DNA of 62,967 nucleotides, the filler included, from Octopus bimaculoides (taxonomy: Eukaryota), in assembly GCF_001194135.2 (NCBI RefSeq). It is 3 parts of 3 records of this genome, joined end to end, with 100 filler letters (N's around TTAATTAATTAA, not from the genome) between each part and the next. Parts side by side here need not be neighbours in the genome. Positions count along the whole stretch, not along the records: positions 1 to 30,015 come from NC_069001.1; 2 more parts are not named here. One strand, written 5' to 3'. The position numbers and the translations under genes are program-made. Below, piece after piece: positions 1 through 14,658 of this stretch. Numbering within the stretch: position 1 is the first letter of the stretch; the number at the start of each line of letters is the position of its first letter. Under the pieces are notes generated by a model. It worked only from the letters and a program-made list of their open reading frames with translations. It was not told where the DNA came from and ran no database searches.

Positions 1-329
1 CAACGGAACAGCCTGCTCATGAAATTAACGTGCAAGTGGCTGAGCACTCCACAGACACGTGTACCCTTAACGTAGTTCTCGGGGATATTCAGCGTGACAC
101 AGTGTGACAAGGCTGACCCTTTGAATTACAGGCACAACAGAAACAGGAAGTAAGAGTGAGAGAATTTGTGGTGAAAGAGTACAGCAGGGTTCGCCACCAT
201 CCCCTGCCGGAGCCTTGTGGAGCTTTAGGTGTTTTCGCTCAATAAACACTCACAACGCCCGGTTTGGGAATCGAAACCGCGATCCTATTACCGCGAGTCC
301 GCTGCCCTAAGCACTGGCCATTGCACCTT
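1..329 (-). mobile_element. tRNA-derived SINE (family D), runs off the window edge
   Basis: The minus strand begins AAGGTGCAATGGCCAGTGCTTAGGG (A-box-like) and GGTTTCGATTCCC (B-box-like), followed by a TTGAGCGAAAACAC core similar to family C. Confidence 0.7.
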
Positions 330-772
330 CATGCGTCTCTTATTAGAGAAGTGTGAATGTTCACAGAAATATAGAAAAAAATACAAAACGAATGAGAGGG
401 AGATAGAAGAAAGAAAGAGAGTGAAATGGAAGGTAAAAAGAACGAAAGAACGAAAATAGTAGAGTCTATAATTTTTGTTAATCGTAGTTGGTTGTTTTCT
501 CGCCAATTTTTTTTTCTGCTGTCTTTCTATAATTCTCTGAAGGGTGGAGGGTTTCGCAAAAATTTGCTGTTCTTTTCGATTTTATGAAAATAATATCTGC
601 AACACTATTTGTTACTTGTAAAATGAGACTTAAAAGATAAACTTCGTTATAATGGTATTAATAGAATATTGAATTAAAAATTATATTAGATTTAAAACAA
701 AACCTAAATGATAACATATGATGGTATTAATTTTTTTTTAAGATTAAAAAGAAAAGCTTAAAATGTGAATGG

Positions 773-1202
773 TATTCTTTTCTACTCTAGGCACAAGGCC
801 CGAAATTTTGGGGGAGGGGGCCAGTCGATTAGATCGACCCCAGTAAACAAATGGTACTTAATTTATCACGAAAGGATGAAAGGCAAAGTCGACCTCGGCA
901 GAATTTGAACTCAGAGCGTAAAGACAGACGAAATACCGCTAAGTATTTCACCCGGTGTGCTAAAGTTTCTTATTTCTTTATTGCTCACAAGGGGCTAAAC
1001 ATAGAGGGGACAAACAAGGACAGACAAAGGGATTAAGTCGATTATATCGACCTAGTGCGTAACTGGTACTTAATTTATCGACCCCGAAAAGATGAAAGGC
1101 AAAGTCGACCTCGGCGGAATTTGAACTCAGAACGTAACGGCAGACGAAACACCGCTAAGCATTTCGCCCGGCGTGCTAAAGTTTCTGCCAACTCGCCGCC
1201 TC
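773..1202 (-). mobile_element. SINE family A dimer (head-body-variant tail-body-standard tail)
   Basis: The head is GGCGGCGAGTTGGCAGAAAC...GAGTTCAAATTCC. The body GTCGACTTTGCCTTTCATC occurs twice, separated by the TTTGTCTGTCCTTGTTTGTCCCC linker. Confidence 0.85.
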
Positions 1203-1228
1203 ACGATGACGGCGATATCGTTCTCTAA

Positions 1229-1446
1229 AAATCTTTTCTACTTTAGGCATAAGGTCCGAAATATTAGGGGAAGGGTAAAGTCGATTACATCGATGCATGT
1301 ACGCAACTGGTACTTAATTTATCGACCCCGAAAGAATGAAAGTCAAAATTGGCCTCGCCGAAATTTGAGCTGAGAACGTAAAGCCGCACGAAAGACCGTT
1401 AAGCATTTTGCTCGGCGTGCTTAACGATTCTGATCACTCGCCACCC
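1229..1446 (-). mobile_element. SINE family A monomer
   Basis: Same head, body and tail as other A copies, moderately diverged. Confidence 0.8.
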
Positions 1447-1761
1447 TACATTTTGTTTTAATAATAACTGCTATCACTCGGTTTCGTGGAATAGCTTCCA
1501 CCCTTCTATGCTTTTGAAAACGAAATTTTAAAGGCAGTGGGTTAATTGATTACTTGACTGATGTCTATATATTCAATCGACTCGATAGAATGAAACAGAA
1601 AGAATACTTCGGCGGAATTAGAAAACAGAACGGAAAGATGAAATGATTACTAAGCTTTCCGTCCATCACGCTAACGATTGTGCCAACATTTATGAAATGG
1701 CCGAACATCATAAAGAATGATGCATAATCTGGGACTTAAAACCAGCCGCAAATCCATCCAT

Positions 1762-1794
<33 letters not shown>

Positions 1795-2151
1795 TATCCA
1801 TCCATCCTCCTCCTCACCATCATCATGATATAACTCGATATTAATGTCATTGTTTTTGTGCCAGGTCTGCATTCAACAAGCACATTTATAATCGCTCCCG
1901 TTCCCACCCATGAACATCGGAACTATTTTCGGACGTATTAAGGCTGAAATTGCAGCACCTACTTGTTCCTTCTGTTTTCATCTGCTGCAGACAGACGACG
2001 ATCGATTCCAGACATTGTTGGGTGAACTATCTTTAGCATGTCGAACTACTCGTCATTCAACCAATTTAGCTAAATACTGCTTTAAGTTTAAAATTCAATT
2101 AACAGTATATATGCGTATATATATATGTATGCATGATTATATATATATGTA

Positions 2152-2332
2152 CCGTATTTTAACGTATATAAGGAACTCTTTTTTGTCAAAAATTAGGTTT
2201 AAAAATATGGGAGTTACTTATACATGGATAGTATTATAATCCCTTACAAAACCTTTTTTTCCAAATTTTAAGCCCCTAAAATTAGGGGGTTTCTTATACA
2301 CGAGGGTTCCTTACACACGATAAGATACGATG
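2152..2332. mobile_element. Putative pogo/Tigger-like MITE
   Basis: Imperfect terminal inverted repeats (TACCGTATTTTAACGTATATAAG vs CTTACACACGATAAGATACGATGTA) with TA at both ends, and a subterminal CTTATACACGAG repeat typical of this class. Confidence 0.5.
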
Positions 2333-2508
2333 TACATATATATGTATATATACATATATATACATACAAATATATATATATGTATATGTATATATATATG
2401 TATGTATATGTATATATATATGCGTAAGTAGATAGATAGATACATAGATAGTGATACATATATATATGTATATATGTCCATTTGTATGTATGCGAAAGAT
2501 ATTTATAT

Positions 2509-2567
<59 letters not shown>

Positions 2568-3081
2568 TATATATATATGTGTATGTGTGTGATATATGCA
2601 CTCGCTGCTAATTCATATAATACTAAAACATAGTTACATATTGATGACTGTAAAATATTTGAATATTGAAGACGTTTTTATTACAAAATAATTAAATATA
2701 ATTATATGTGTGTTTGCGTGAACGCATCCAAACAAACGCACTTACAAACACACACGCACACGTACATGTATATATAAGATACTGCTTTAGTTATTATATA
2801 TGTTTTAATTAATTACTTAATTAATTAAAATGAGAGAAAATATATAGTTTATATTAAACGGTTTAACAATAGTTGGAATCTAAACGGTATTTGAGCAATA
2901 TACTAATCAGCAGCCTAAATCCGTTAATCCTTTAATAATGTTCTTCTTAATTTGGCAAAAATCTACAACTTACGGTTGGCAATTGTGTTATATATAGAAA
3001 GATTTAAAACAATTTGATTCGTCTCCATACAACTTAAAGTTTCGGAAGATCCTTCCAGAAACCTAGCCCGGCGAGTTGGGG

Positions 3082-3127
<46 letters not shown>

Positions 3128-4009
3128 AAAAAATAAGCAACACGGATTTCAAAGGTGATTGCAGTATGCACGTTTCATGCTACTTCAATGTATTTAAGTA
3201 ATGCGAGCATTACCTTAAATGCAATATGAAGAGCAATCTTCNNNNNNNNNNNNNNNNNNNNNNNNNNNNNNNNNNNNNNNNNNNNNNNNNNNNNNNNNNN
3301 NNNNNNNNNNNNNNNNNNNNNNNNNNNNNNNNNNNNNNNNNNNNNNNNNNNNNNNNNNNNNNNNNNNNNNNNNNNNNNNNNNNNNNNNNNNNNNNNNNNN
3401 NNNNNNNNNNNNNNNNNNNNNNNNNNNNNNNNNNNNNNNNNNNNNNNNNNNNNNNNNNNNNNNNNNNNNNNNNNNNNNNNNNNNNNNNNNNNNNNNNNNN
3501 NNNNNNNNNNNNNNNNNNNNNNNNNNNNNNNNNNNNNNNNNNNNNNNNNNNNNNNNNNNNNNNNNNNNNNNNNNNNNNNNNNNNNNNNNNNNNNNNNNNN
3601 NNNNNNNNNNNNNNNNNNNNNNNNNNNNNNNNNNNNNNNNNNNNNNNNNNNNNNNNNNNNNNNNNNNNNNNNNNNNNNNNNNNNNNNNNNNNNNNNNNNN
3701 NNNNNNNNNNNNNNNNNNNNNNNNNNNNNNNNNNNNNNNNNNNNNNNNNNNNNNNNNNNNNNNNNNNNNNNNNNNNNNNNNNNNNNNNNNNNNNNNNNNN
3801 NNNNNNNNNNNNNNNNNNNNNNNNNNNNNNNNNNNNNNNNNNNNNNNNNNNNNNNNNNNNNNNNNNNNNNNNNNNNNNNNNNNNNNNNNNNNNNNNNNNN
3901 NNNNNNNNNNNNNNNNNNNNNNNNNNNNNNNNNNNNNNNNNNNNNNNNNNNNNNNNNNNNNNNNNNNNNNNNNNNNNNNNNNNNNNNNNNNNNNAAACAC
4001 AGACAGACA

Positions 4010-4047
<38 letters not shown>

Positions 4048-4055
4048 CACATATG

Positions 4056-4212
4056 TACGACGGGCTTCTTTCAGTTTACGTCTACTAAATCCACTCACAA
4101 GGCTTTGGTCGGCCCGAGGCTATAGTAGAAGACACTTGCCCAAGGTGCCACGCAGTGGAATTGAATCCGGAACCATGTGGTTGGTTGGTAAGCTATTTAC
4201 CACACAGCCACA
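4056..4212 (-). mobile_element. SINE family B 5' half
   Basis: Reverse complement of GTGGCTGTGTGGTAA...GGTTCCGGATTCAATTCCACTGCGTGGCACCTTGGGCAAGTGTCTT. Confidence 0.8.
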
Positions 4213-4229
4213 TCATATATATATTAAAA

Positions 4230-4279
<50 letters not shown>

Positions 4280-5259
4280 TCTTTTCTACTCTAGGCACAA
4301 CGCCCGAAAACACACACACACACACACACACACATATATTAAAAATACAAATATATATATTAAAATACTATAAAGCGTCAAACCAGCTTCGTCACATATC
4401 TCTATTTATTAGCCACTGTTGCAGTTTCGTTACACTTGTAGATGCTTGTACGGCGGCCGGCAGCAATAAGCTGCTTGACTTGTTAATTCCTTAATTGTTC
4501 ATCCGTCTCTATTCCATGGATGCATGACTTGTTTTGCTGTGCAGAGATGCAACGCTCCGATTACACACAGTCACTGGTGTAAGCAATGTATGTGATGAAC
4601 GATCTCACTTACCTCTATCTATCTATCTATTACTGGTTGGATTTGGCAAGAGCTGGAACGTTATGATGTTCGTATTTGTATTTTATTACCTTTTGTTTGA
4701 GAGAAGGTTTGGGTGCCATGTTTTTGATATAGTTACTTAAACCTTATTATGATTATATATTTTTCCGTATTTTCTTTTCATCGTCACTGAATTATAGAGT
4801 TTGTTTCGGTATAAATACACACCTACCTGCGTACATGCTTTCACACATATATGTATTCATGCAAACCTACATTGTGTGGTAAGTAGCTTGCTTATCAATC
4901 ATATGGTTCCGGGTTCAGTCCCAGTGCGTAACATCTTGGGCAGGTTTCCGCCCCAACATCCGAAACTCGAAGTCTTATTTCGGCAACCGAATAATTATCA
5001 TATTATATTACATATATATATTTCAAAATTCATATATATTTGTCTGTAAACCAATTTAAGTACCGTTGGCAATCATTTCTAACATCAGCATAGAACGGTT
5101 TACAGTATCTGTAGAACTCACATTTGAATGGCGGTGGGGTGCCGAGGGGAGAATCGATATTACTGACCGCAGTATGTCAACGAGTAATTTTATCGCCGAC
5201 CTTGAGTAAACTAATGGCAAAGTTGACAACAGTATAGTCTTAAATCAGACGCATCTTGA

Positions 5260-5342
5260 CGACAACAACAACAGAAACAACAACAACAACAGCAGCAACA
5301 ACTACAACAACAAAGCAGTAATTCTAATGATTCTGATGCTAA

Positions 5343-5381
<39 letters not shown>

Positions 5382-5422
5382 AATAATACTAATAATAATA
5401 ATAATAATACTACTACTACTAC

Positions 5423-5459
<37 letters not shown>

Positions 5460-5647
5460 ACTAATAAAAATAATAATAATTATCATGATAATAATACTAC
5501 TACTACTACTACTAATAATGAAAATAATAATAATGATAATATTAATGCTAATACTACTACTATTAATTCTAATAATAATAATGATAATATTAATGCTAAT
5601 ACTACTACTACTAATTCTAATAATAATAATAATAACAATTCTAATGC

Positions 5648-5687
<40 letters not shown>

Positions 5688-5690
5688 CAG
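5260..5690. repeat. Compound (CAA)n/(AAT)n/(ACT)n array with a higher-order internal repeat
   Basis: Directly visible. The block GATAATATTAATGCTAATACTACTAC recurs. Confidence 0.9.
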
Positions 5691-6047
5691 AGCAATATTA
5701 AATAATATCGAGACGGAAAGAAATTGAATCTAGTAACATTGAATAGATCTTTGAAAGCAAATGTACCCGTGGAAACTAATTAGACAAAAGGAAGTTTGAA
5801 CTTTTGATCAGCATTGCCGTCAGTTGACATCTTACTTCAATCATACCGCTCATTTAATATCAATTAACTTCGGCTCCATCAAGTCTACATTTCCTCAATT
5901 CAAAATTAGTTGAAATTTGGATCTAATTAAAAGCTTTAATTAAAACAATTTTTATCGCATTTAATAAGAAAGGTTCCTGTTACTCCATATATAATATATA
6001 CAGTAATGCTGGCTTTTATATACCTACCTACCTACCTACCTACATAT

Positions 6048-6112
<65 letters not shown>

Positions 6113-6126
6113 GATCTATGTGTAAA

Positions 6127-6212
6127 TTAAAAAATATATGCATATATAATATACGTATATAGATTTAAAAAATATATGCATATATAATATACGTATATAG
6201 ATTTAAAAAATA
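6127..6212. repeat. 38-bp tandem duplication (~2.2 copies)
   Basis: TTAAAAAATATATGCATATATAATATACGTATATAGAT starts at 6127 and again at 6165. Confidence 0.9.
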
Positions 6213-6395
6213 AATGTATATATATATATACATATATAAATTAATATATATATGTATATGTATATATGTATATATATGCATATGTGTAGGGGGTGTATAA
6301 TGAGTGTGCGTGTCTTCATGCATGTATATAAATATAGAAATGTATGATATATGCATACATATACACGCACAACACACATACACACTCCCCCACAC

Positions 6396-6433
<38 letters not shown>

Positions 6434-8270
6434 ATACATGTGTGTGTGTGTTTCGTAATGCCCTACACAACGATTTCTGCAAAATGTGAGATATAATATT
6501 AAGTATGAATTGTTCAGTATAAATATAATTTTAGCCAGTGTGTGTATATACTTAAATTATGTTACAAATTATGAAAGCATGCTGTCTAGTTCATTACTAA
6601 TTATTTATTAACTTGTGCACGGATTCCTATGCAAATTAAATGGGCCACTTTAGCAACCCCCGAGTTGGTATACACTATTATACTATTACATGATATAAAC
6701 TACAAATCTCTCAGGTAAGAAAGCTGGGAACTAGTTCTATCGATCGAGTCCGTTACTTATAAAGAAGTGGTAGAGTAACCACTACGTTTTGTTTTCATGA
6801 CGGGGCATGTTAAATGTTTAACTCACTCCTCTAATTATAATTGCAAATTTATAACAAAATTTTGAATGCCGATCACAAGCTAGTCTAGATTTAAGTTGCT
6901 GTAGATTACAATGGCATGTAGATCACATACTATACCGGCACTGATTATGTGTTCTTTTCGTTGTTCCAGTCATCAGACTACAGCCATTCTGGGGCTCCGT
7001 CTTCAAGAGTTTAGTCGAAAAAATATCAACCTCAATACTTATTGTTTAAGCTCGGATTCGTTTTGCCGAATAGCTAAGTTACGGGAAACGTAAACGAACC
7101 AACACCGAATATGAAGCGGTGGTGCGACATACGCATATACAACGACACACAGACACAGGCAGGCAGACAGACATACACATGCGCATATGAGTCCACTTTG
7201 GCGGTCATTCCTCTTAATTTTGTATGTAATATAATTTTTAATCTTCGGATTTTTGAAATATGCTAAGCCACTGGTTTTAATTGATTAATATCAATTTCTA
7301 CCCTCATTATTTAATTTTTAGATAACTATGTTCTCTAACTGATAAACTAGCGGCAGAAATTTATTAACTGCAGAGTTATTTCCGGCCTCAGCGCGCCAAA
7401 ATGAGGACATTTGAAAAGTACACCAAATATAATATGCAAAACATTATACATGCTCTCTTTCGTGTGAGTGTTCTGTGTCTAGTTCTGGATACTATTCTTT
7501 GTAAACAACAGACTACAATGATGAACTTGCAGATGTTTACATGCGTAAATATTAACAAGCGAAAACCATTGGTACCGTAGGTAATCGCTTTTTATTTGGT
7601 ATATTTTCATTTGTCTTGCTCATTTTTACATTCTGGTGTTTTGCTGAAATTTGTTTCTTGAGAACACACTCTTCGTGGTTAGGCGATTTGACTTTTATAC
7701 ATATATGTAAGCATATCCACGTAAAGACAATAGTATACATAGGTACACTAAATAACACAGATATGTATATATACACTCACATACCCGTAGCGAAATTTGT
7801 ACCTCTATTACATTTTATGGTTTTACGTTGTTTCAAAATTAATATTTATACTTATATATTGTCAATTAACGTTCAAACATACACACAGAATGCGCACATA
7901 CATATATATATATATATATGCATTAACACACTCGATCTCTATCCCTCCTCTCTCACACACAAGCACACACATACATTTATATACACACTTACACACGCAT
8001 ATTGACAAAGACATTATAACAGATGCACATATGCACCGTATCACCTCGTGTACTCGTATCGAATTAAAAGGAGTGTTTCTGCTTTAAATTGTTAAGCTAC
8101 CAAGATTAATTAATCGTTTCCGAAATTAGTTAATTAGAGCAGAGGATATGTATCCATTTAATGTCGCTGTCGCAGGTATTTAGAAGAAGTAGGTCAGTCT
8201 TAAACGAGTAGACCCAAGTTCAAACGTGTTCCAACGGGGACTGACTCTAATTTCATCCTTTGCTCTCTAC

Positions 8271-8870
8271 AAGGTGGCGAGCTGGCAGAAAGGTTAGCAC
8301 GCTGGGCGAAATGCTTAGCGGTATTTCGTCTGCCGCTACGTCCTGAGTTCAAATTCCGCTGAGGTCGACTTTGCTTTTCATCCTTTCGGAGTCAATAAAT
8401 TAAGTACCAGTTACACACCAGTAATCGACTTAATCCCTTTGTCTGTCCTTGTTTGTACCGTCTATGTTTAGCCCCCTGTGGGCAATAAAGAAATAAGAAA
8501 CGTTAGCACGCCAGGCGAAATGCTTAGCGGTATTTCGTCTGCCGTTACGTTCTGAGTTCAAATTCCGCCGAGATCGTCTTTGCCTTTCATTCTTTCGGGG
8601 TCGATTAAATAAGTACCAGTTACGCACTGGGGTCCATATAATCGACTTAATCCGTTTGTCTGTCCTATGTTTAGCCCCTTTGTGGGAAGTAAAGAAATTA
8701 GAAACGTTAGCACGCCGGGCGAAATGCCTAGCGGTATTTCGTCTCTCTTAACGTTCTGAGTTCAAATTCCACCGAGGTCGACTTTGCCTTTCATCCTTTC
8801 GGGGTTGATCTAATCGACTGCCCCCACCTTCCCCAAAATTTCGGGCCTTGTGCCTAGAGCAGAAAAGATT
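8271..8870 (+). mobile_element. SINE family A trimer
   Basis: One full head, then two variant tails, each joined through AGAAAC|GTTAGCACGCC to the next body, ending in the standard tail GGCCTTGTGCCTAGAGCAGAAAAG. Confidence 0.85.
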
Positions 8871-8877
8871 CTGTCCT

Positions 8878-9018
8878 CTCTACCCCTAGCGATGCATCCT
8901 TGTTGTTGAGGACCATGCCTGGTTCGAACACAGTTACCTAAGGTGTCACACAGTGAGACTGAACCCGGAATCTAGTGGTTGGGAAGCAAGCTTCTTATCC
9001 TACAGCCACTCCTGTGCC
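8878..9018 (-). mobile_element. SINE family B 5' part, diverged
   Basis: ACTGAACCCGGAATCTAGTGGTTGGGAAGCAAGCTTCTTA...CAGCCACTCCTGTGCC. Confidence 0.65.
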
Positions 9019-9737
9019 AAGAGCTAACAACTTATTCCATTTTAAAGATAGTAATGTATGTTTTGAGGGAATTTTATCAGATACTTCTAGCAAGTAGCAT
9101 GACTTAACAGAGGATCACTCGTTGCCTGGATATTTCCTTTCATGCGATACTGCGTTCAAATCTCACCAAGCACAGCATTGCCTTTCTTTCATCCTAAAAC
9201 AGTCACAAATTAAAGTAACAATTTGGGTCTTGGACTGGGAGATTCGTTAGGGCATCAGAGGAAATGCTTTGCATTATTCGTTTTGGCTCTTTGGATAAGA
9301 ACCAGTTGAGCATTGAGGTCGATGTAATCGATCTACCTTCTCCCCAGAAACTCCCAGCCTTGTCCCGAAATTTGAAACCATTGTGACTCTAACTCTTAAG
9401 GAGACCTTTTTTTTTCCTTTTTCTTTTTGCTAGCTAAATGTGTCCCGTGCATTAAGGATGATTGTGTTAAGTTTCTCCTTCCTTACTAGGATCCATGTGC
9501 GCTGTTGAATTTTCGGAGATGTGTTTAACTCTTACCAATTTTGTTTCTTCCGTTAATGTGTGTGTGTGTTTATGTATGAATGTCTGTGTTTTTGAGTTTG
9601 TGTGTGTGCTTGTGTGAATGTCTGTGTTTTTGTGTTTGGTGTGTGTGTATGTGTGAATGTTTGTTTTCGTGTCTGTGTGCTCGCGTGTGCGTATGTGTGT
9701 ACGTGTGTTTATGTGTGAGTATGTGTGTTATTTTTTA

Positions 9738-9960
9738 CTACCCACAAGGGGCTACACACAGAGGGGACAAACAAGGACAGACAAACGGATTAAGTCGATT
9801 ATATCGACCCCAGTGCGTAACTGGTACTTATTTAATCGATCCCGAAAGGATGAAAGGCAAAATCGACCTCGGCGGAATTTGAACTCAGAACGTAGCGGCA
9901 GACGAAATACCGCTAAGCACTTCGCCCGGTGTGCTAACGTTTCTGCCAGCTCGCCGCCTT
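9738..9960 (-). mobile_element. SINE family A monomer with the variant tail
   Basis: Full head at 9960 and the variant GGGGACAAACAAGGACAGACAAACGGATTAAGTCG tail. CpGs are intact. Confidence 0.85.
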
Positions 9961-11008
9961 TTATGTGTGTGTTTGTGTATATGTGTGTGTGTTTGCATTA
10001 TATTTATATTGTTGAGCGCTTGTTTAATTGTTACAAATGGTTATCAAGCGCTGCTGTGAAGAACAGCGATCTGGAAGTTGCTACTCAGTAGAATCACTTT
10101 ACCATTAAATTACAGTAACGTTGGAATAAGTGTGCTGCTGAGTCTGGAGAATAATGAGTAGAATTGAATATGCTATCTCCTGTCTTATAAGGTTGTCTGT
10201 GTAATTTGAGAAGACGTTCGGAGATCGTATAAGTCTATATTGAAAAGCATGGGTGAAAACTTTATGAAAAACACATCTTTATGTTACTCCGTTCGGGACA
10301 TTTCAAGTCCTTAAATGCTATTTTTGAAAAATGGCTCAATATACAGGATTAATACACACACACACATGTGCGCACAAACATATGCACACATACATATCTC
10401 ACACATTTATATGTACACATATTCACGCACGTGCGCGCACGTAAATATATATTTACGTTTTTATGGTGCTGGTGTTGTTGAGTTTACCGTGTGTCGGTTG
10501 TTTCGTACAAAATATTGCAGTTACTCCACACCCCCGCCACCCAGATACTCACACAAACCTTTTTATTTGTTTTGAAATAAGATGCGAATGCGATAAGTTT
10601 TAAGTTTTAGTTTAAGAGGCAAATATTAAGAGAGAATTGATTCAAAGTCAACGTTACTTTCAGACAAATATCATTTAGAAACATCATGCGATATTTATCT
10701 GTCAATTCGTGTTTTCCACGTTTGAAATGTTAGTCTTCTTTTGTTTTCTGTTTAGACATTTCTAGACTACAATTCCAGTCAGTTGTTTCGTATCTCACAT
10801 TTGATCGTGGTTTATGCAGAATAGAAAGAAAATATAGATTCCGTTAAATATATAAATAAATTTGATATTTTTTTCATTTATTGCATCCAGCTCAGATTTT
10901 TATCTGATTATCTTCGCTGCAATCTTTCCGAAAAGTGATACATATTACACACGCATATATAAATGATAAATGCTACACACACACACATGAATGATACACT
11001 GCATGCAG

Positions 11009-11039
<31 letters not shown>

Positions 11040-11298
11040 AATAATATTGTTATTCACACATAAAAGGTACATTCTATACATACACATAAAACAGATTTTT
11101 TTTTTATATATAAGCATTGATTGCATTATATCGGGAATATTTATAGCGGAAAGTTTATATTCACATATTTATATTTAGATAGATTTATGTAAGCAAGCAT
11201 ATGTATGTATGTATGTATGTATGTATGTGTGAGTGTATATTCGTAGTTATGTACGCATGCATGCACGTGTATAGATTTATGGAAATATGTATGCCTGC

Positions 11299-11349
<51 letters not shown>

Positions 11350-11606
11350 CACATCTGTATCATGCATTTCAGTGCTAACACTCACACACACACGCCCAAG
11401 TACGCATATATAAACACACTCAAATACACACGCACACACATACACAACACACACACACACACATACACGCATACATATTGGTAAACATTGCATGTATATC
11501 ATAATGTGCATTTGTGTATGTCATAAAATATGATAGAACAATGAGATAGAGGAACAGGATGCGGAGAAGGGATAAGGGGAGCACGAAGAGAGGGATTGGG
11601 GATGGC

Positions 11607-11641
<35 letters not shown>

Positions 11642-11798
11642 ATATGCATGGTGGAAGGAGCTCAGGAAAAGGCGGCGGAATAAATGATGGGGGCTGGAAC
11701 AGGAATAAGCAGAAATATAGTTAGGGATCTGAAATAATCAAGAGGAAATTATCATAGAAACACTTGATAGAATATGTGTGATTGTGTGTGTGCGTATA

Positions 11799-11881
<83 letters not shown>

Positions 11882-12129
11882 ATATGTATATATACTTGTA
11901 TATATATATGTGTGTGTGCATGAGAGAGAAGGAGAAAGGGAGAGAATTAGTGATGTATAAATGCAATTGGAATGGAATGGCTCTGGTAGGTAGGGGAGGT
12001 GATTGTGGGGGGTTGGAATTGAAACTGTGAAATTGTAGAAATCAATAAAAATGGTGGAGTCGATCGTGGAGGGGAGAGGAGGAGTGCCAGCGAGAAAGAA
12101 GTGCGGATTAAAACAAAACTTTGGAATTG

Positions 12130-12191
<62 letters not shown>

Positions 12192-13344
12192 TATTATTAT
12201 TAACAATATCATCATTATCAGCATCCATGATAGAAATAATAATAATAATAATGCTGCTGCTGATGATAATAATAATCACAATAATAATAATTATTATTAT
12301 TATTGTAACAATAGTAATAATGATAATAATAATAATGATGATGATGGTGATAACACATAAATAAATAAGTAAATAAATGAATAAATAAATAATGGTGTTG
12401 AATTTTTGAAAAAATTTTAAGACTAAGTTATTTTATGCGATATAAAATATTTATTATTATTTTTCTTCTTGAAAATGATAAATATAAATGTGATTATAGA
12501 GATAGTAAAACTTTGAAAATTTTAAGTATAGCTGCAGCAGCAACAACAACAACAACAATCGTAAGAAGAGCAACTATGTGTTCCACAACACTGCAGCTAA
12601 AGCAAAAAAAAAAAACAAAACAAAAACAAACCTACAACAATAACAACTCCAGAAATAAGAACAACAAGAGCAACAGAAGAGAAACAAAAACAAAAATATG
12701 GCAGGAATAACGAAACAACAACAGCAACACAAAAGAATAAACAACAATAGAAACAAAAAGCAAACGAGAAAAGAACAAAAGACAAGAAGAACAACTGAAA
12801 CAGAATTTACTGAAACACTAACAGCGATAACAACAGCAGGAGTCACCACGACAACTAAAACAATATTTAGCATAACAATAACATTTCTAGTAGTATCAAG
12901 CAAAACAGTAACAACAGAAAGACCAATAAATAAGAGTCGACAAATGTACTTCTACGTGGTTACTCGACTTGCCAGAAACAGCTTTCGTTTCTTCATTAAA
13001 TCCCATTCTAACGCCTTAGAGTGGAATTTTGTAACATTAAAGTTTAGGCTCCAACAAATGAAGGTGGGCTAGCATCAGAGAAAAGTTAGCTGTTCTTAAA
13101 AGTCCCATTAGATACTTTAGAAACTGCTGCTGTGCTGACGAATTCAGAGAATTACAAAATGGAGTTGCGGGGATGAGCAGAAGATGAAAAGAAAAGAGCG
13201 GTAGACAGCTCACGTGGAGTGGGTATTGGTTCGAATAAGCTATTTGCAAAATATTGCGACGATAAGGTGTTATACGTAGCAGGAAGGTTTGTGGCGTGAG
13301 GATGACGCCACGAAGGCGACATCGTCCGAGAAAATTGTATGTGT

Positions 13345-13590
13345 TTGCGTACTTGGGTTGATCTTATCGACTGGCTCCCCTACCCTCAAATTCTGGGCCT
13401 TGTGTCTAGAGTAGAAAAAGAATATTTCGTCTGTCTTTACGTTCTACATTCAAATTCCGCTGAGGTCGACTTTGCCTTTCATCCTTTCGGGGTCGATAAA
13501 TTAAGTATCAGTTACGTACTGGGATCGATCTAATTGACTGGCCCCCCTCTCCCAAAATTTCGGGCCTTGTGCCTAGAGTAGAAAAAATAT
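13345..13590 (+). mobile_element. SINE family A partial tandem (tail + body-tail)
   Basis: Two standard tails GGCCTTGTG.CTAGAGTAGAAAA with one body between them. Confidence 0.75.
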
Positions 13591-14412
13591 ACGGGGTACT
13601 GAAGTACATTCATTAAAATATTCAGGTTGTGCGCTCAGAGAATTTAACCCTAATGAGTATTTAACACTGGTCCAAAGAGCACGTCGTATTGATCACAGTG
13701 TTTAGTATACCCATCGGACATCCTAGAGTATATCAAATACCGTGAGATATATATATATATATTTATATTTGCCATTAATCGCAGCCCAGTATAACGGTAC
13801 GTTGAATCACACTGCTTGCTTTCGTGGTATTAACTTCCCGTTTAGTCTCGAGTGGAGAAACACTCTAGACACCAGCAGAGCATCGGTCATGTAACTTCTT
13901 GGGGAAGGGCAGTTTGCAAGATTGTTAGACTGGTACATATTTTTTGCTATGCGGTACAATGGGTGATGGAACATCTGTCACAGGATGTGGACATGCCGCG
14001 TTTGCAAGATTCGAACTGACGATCTAGTGAACTTCGAGCTATCCACTAAGCTACGCCACTCCACGAATAGCCACACACATCCAACACACACATCCAACAC
14101 ACACATACACAGACACACACATATATGCGTACGTATAGTATATGTATATAAATTATTCTGCTGCTGTCGAACAGATAATTTGTGAGATAAGAAGTACATC
14201 AACAACAACAGCAGCAACATTAACGTCAGATCAATATCATTGTCATAAAACAACGCAAACACAACCAAAATAACAAAAATGAAAGCTATTTAAAACAATA
14301 TATCAGCAGAATGGAAGGTAGATTAAATAGCGAGACACGGTATACGGACTGAACCACCGAATATATGCGCCTGTGCGTAGTCATGTATGTGTGTTGTTTG
14401 TGTGTATGTGAA

Positions 14413-14456
<44 letters not shown>

Positions 14457-14622
14457 CATACACACATAAATATATAAGTATAAATACACGTGAATACATA
14501 CATACACACGCACATATATATATATATATATACACATACACACACGCATATATATATAGACGCATATACACATACATAAAGGAAAGTTTGTGTTTATGAA
14601 TATATACATAAATACAAATATA

Positions 14623-14658
<36 letters not shown>

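Noticed and set aside
1850-2060. Unique CpG-containing stretch after a possible acceptor (TTTTTGTGCCAG), including ORF 1910-2239
   Set aside because: Frames from the acceptor close within about 26 codons, the ORF has no recognisable motif and runs into (TA)n, and no partner exon was found.
3175-4125. Long ORFs spanning N runs (also ~21.6, 24.5, 27.7, 33.8, 58.4, 59.9 and 61.6 kb)
   Set aside because: They are open only because N codons are not stops. The flanks are microsatellite translations.
5211-5727. Poly-I/L/YI/HT/CV ORFs here and throughout the window
   Set aside because: These are translations of simple repeats with no domain content or splice support.
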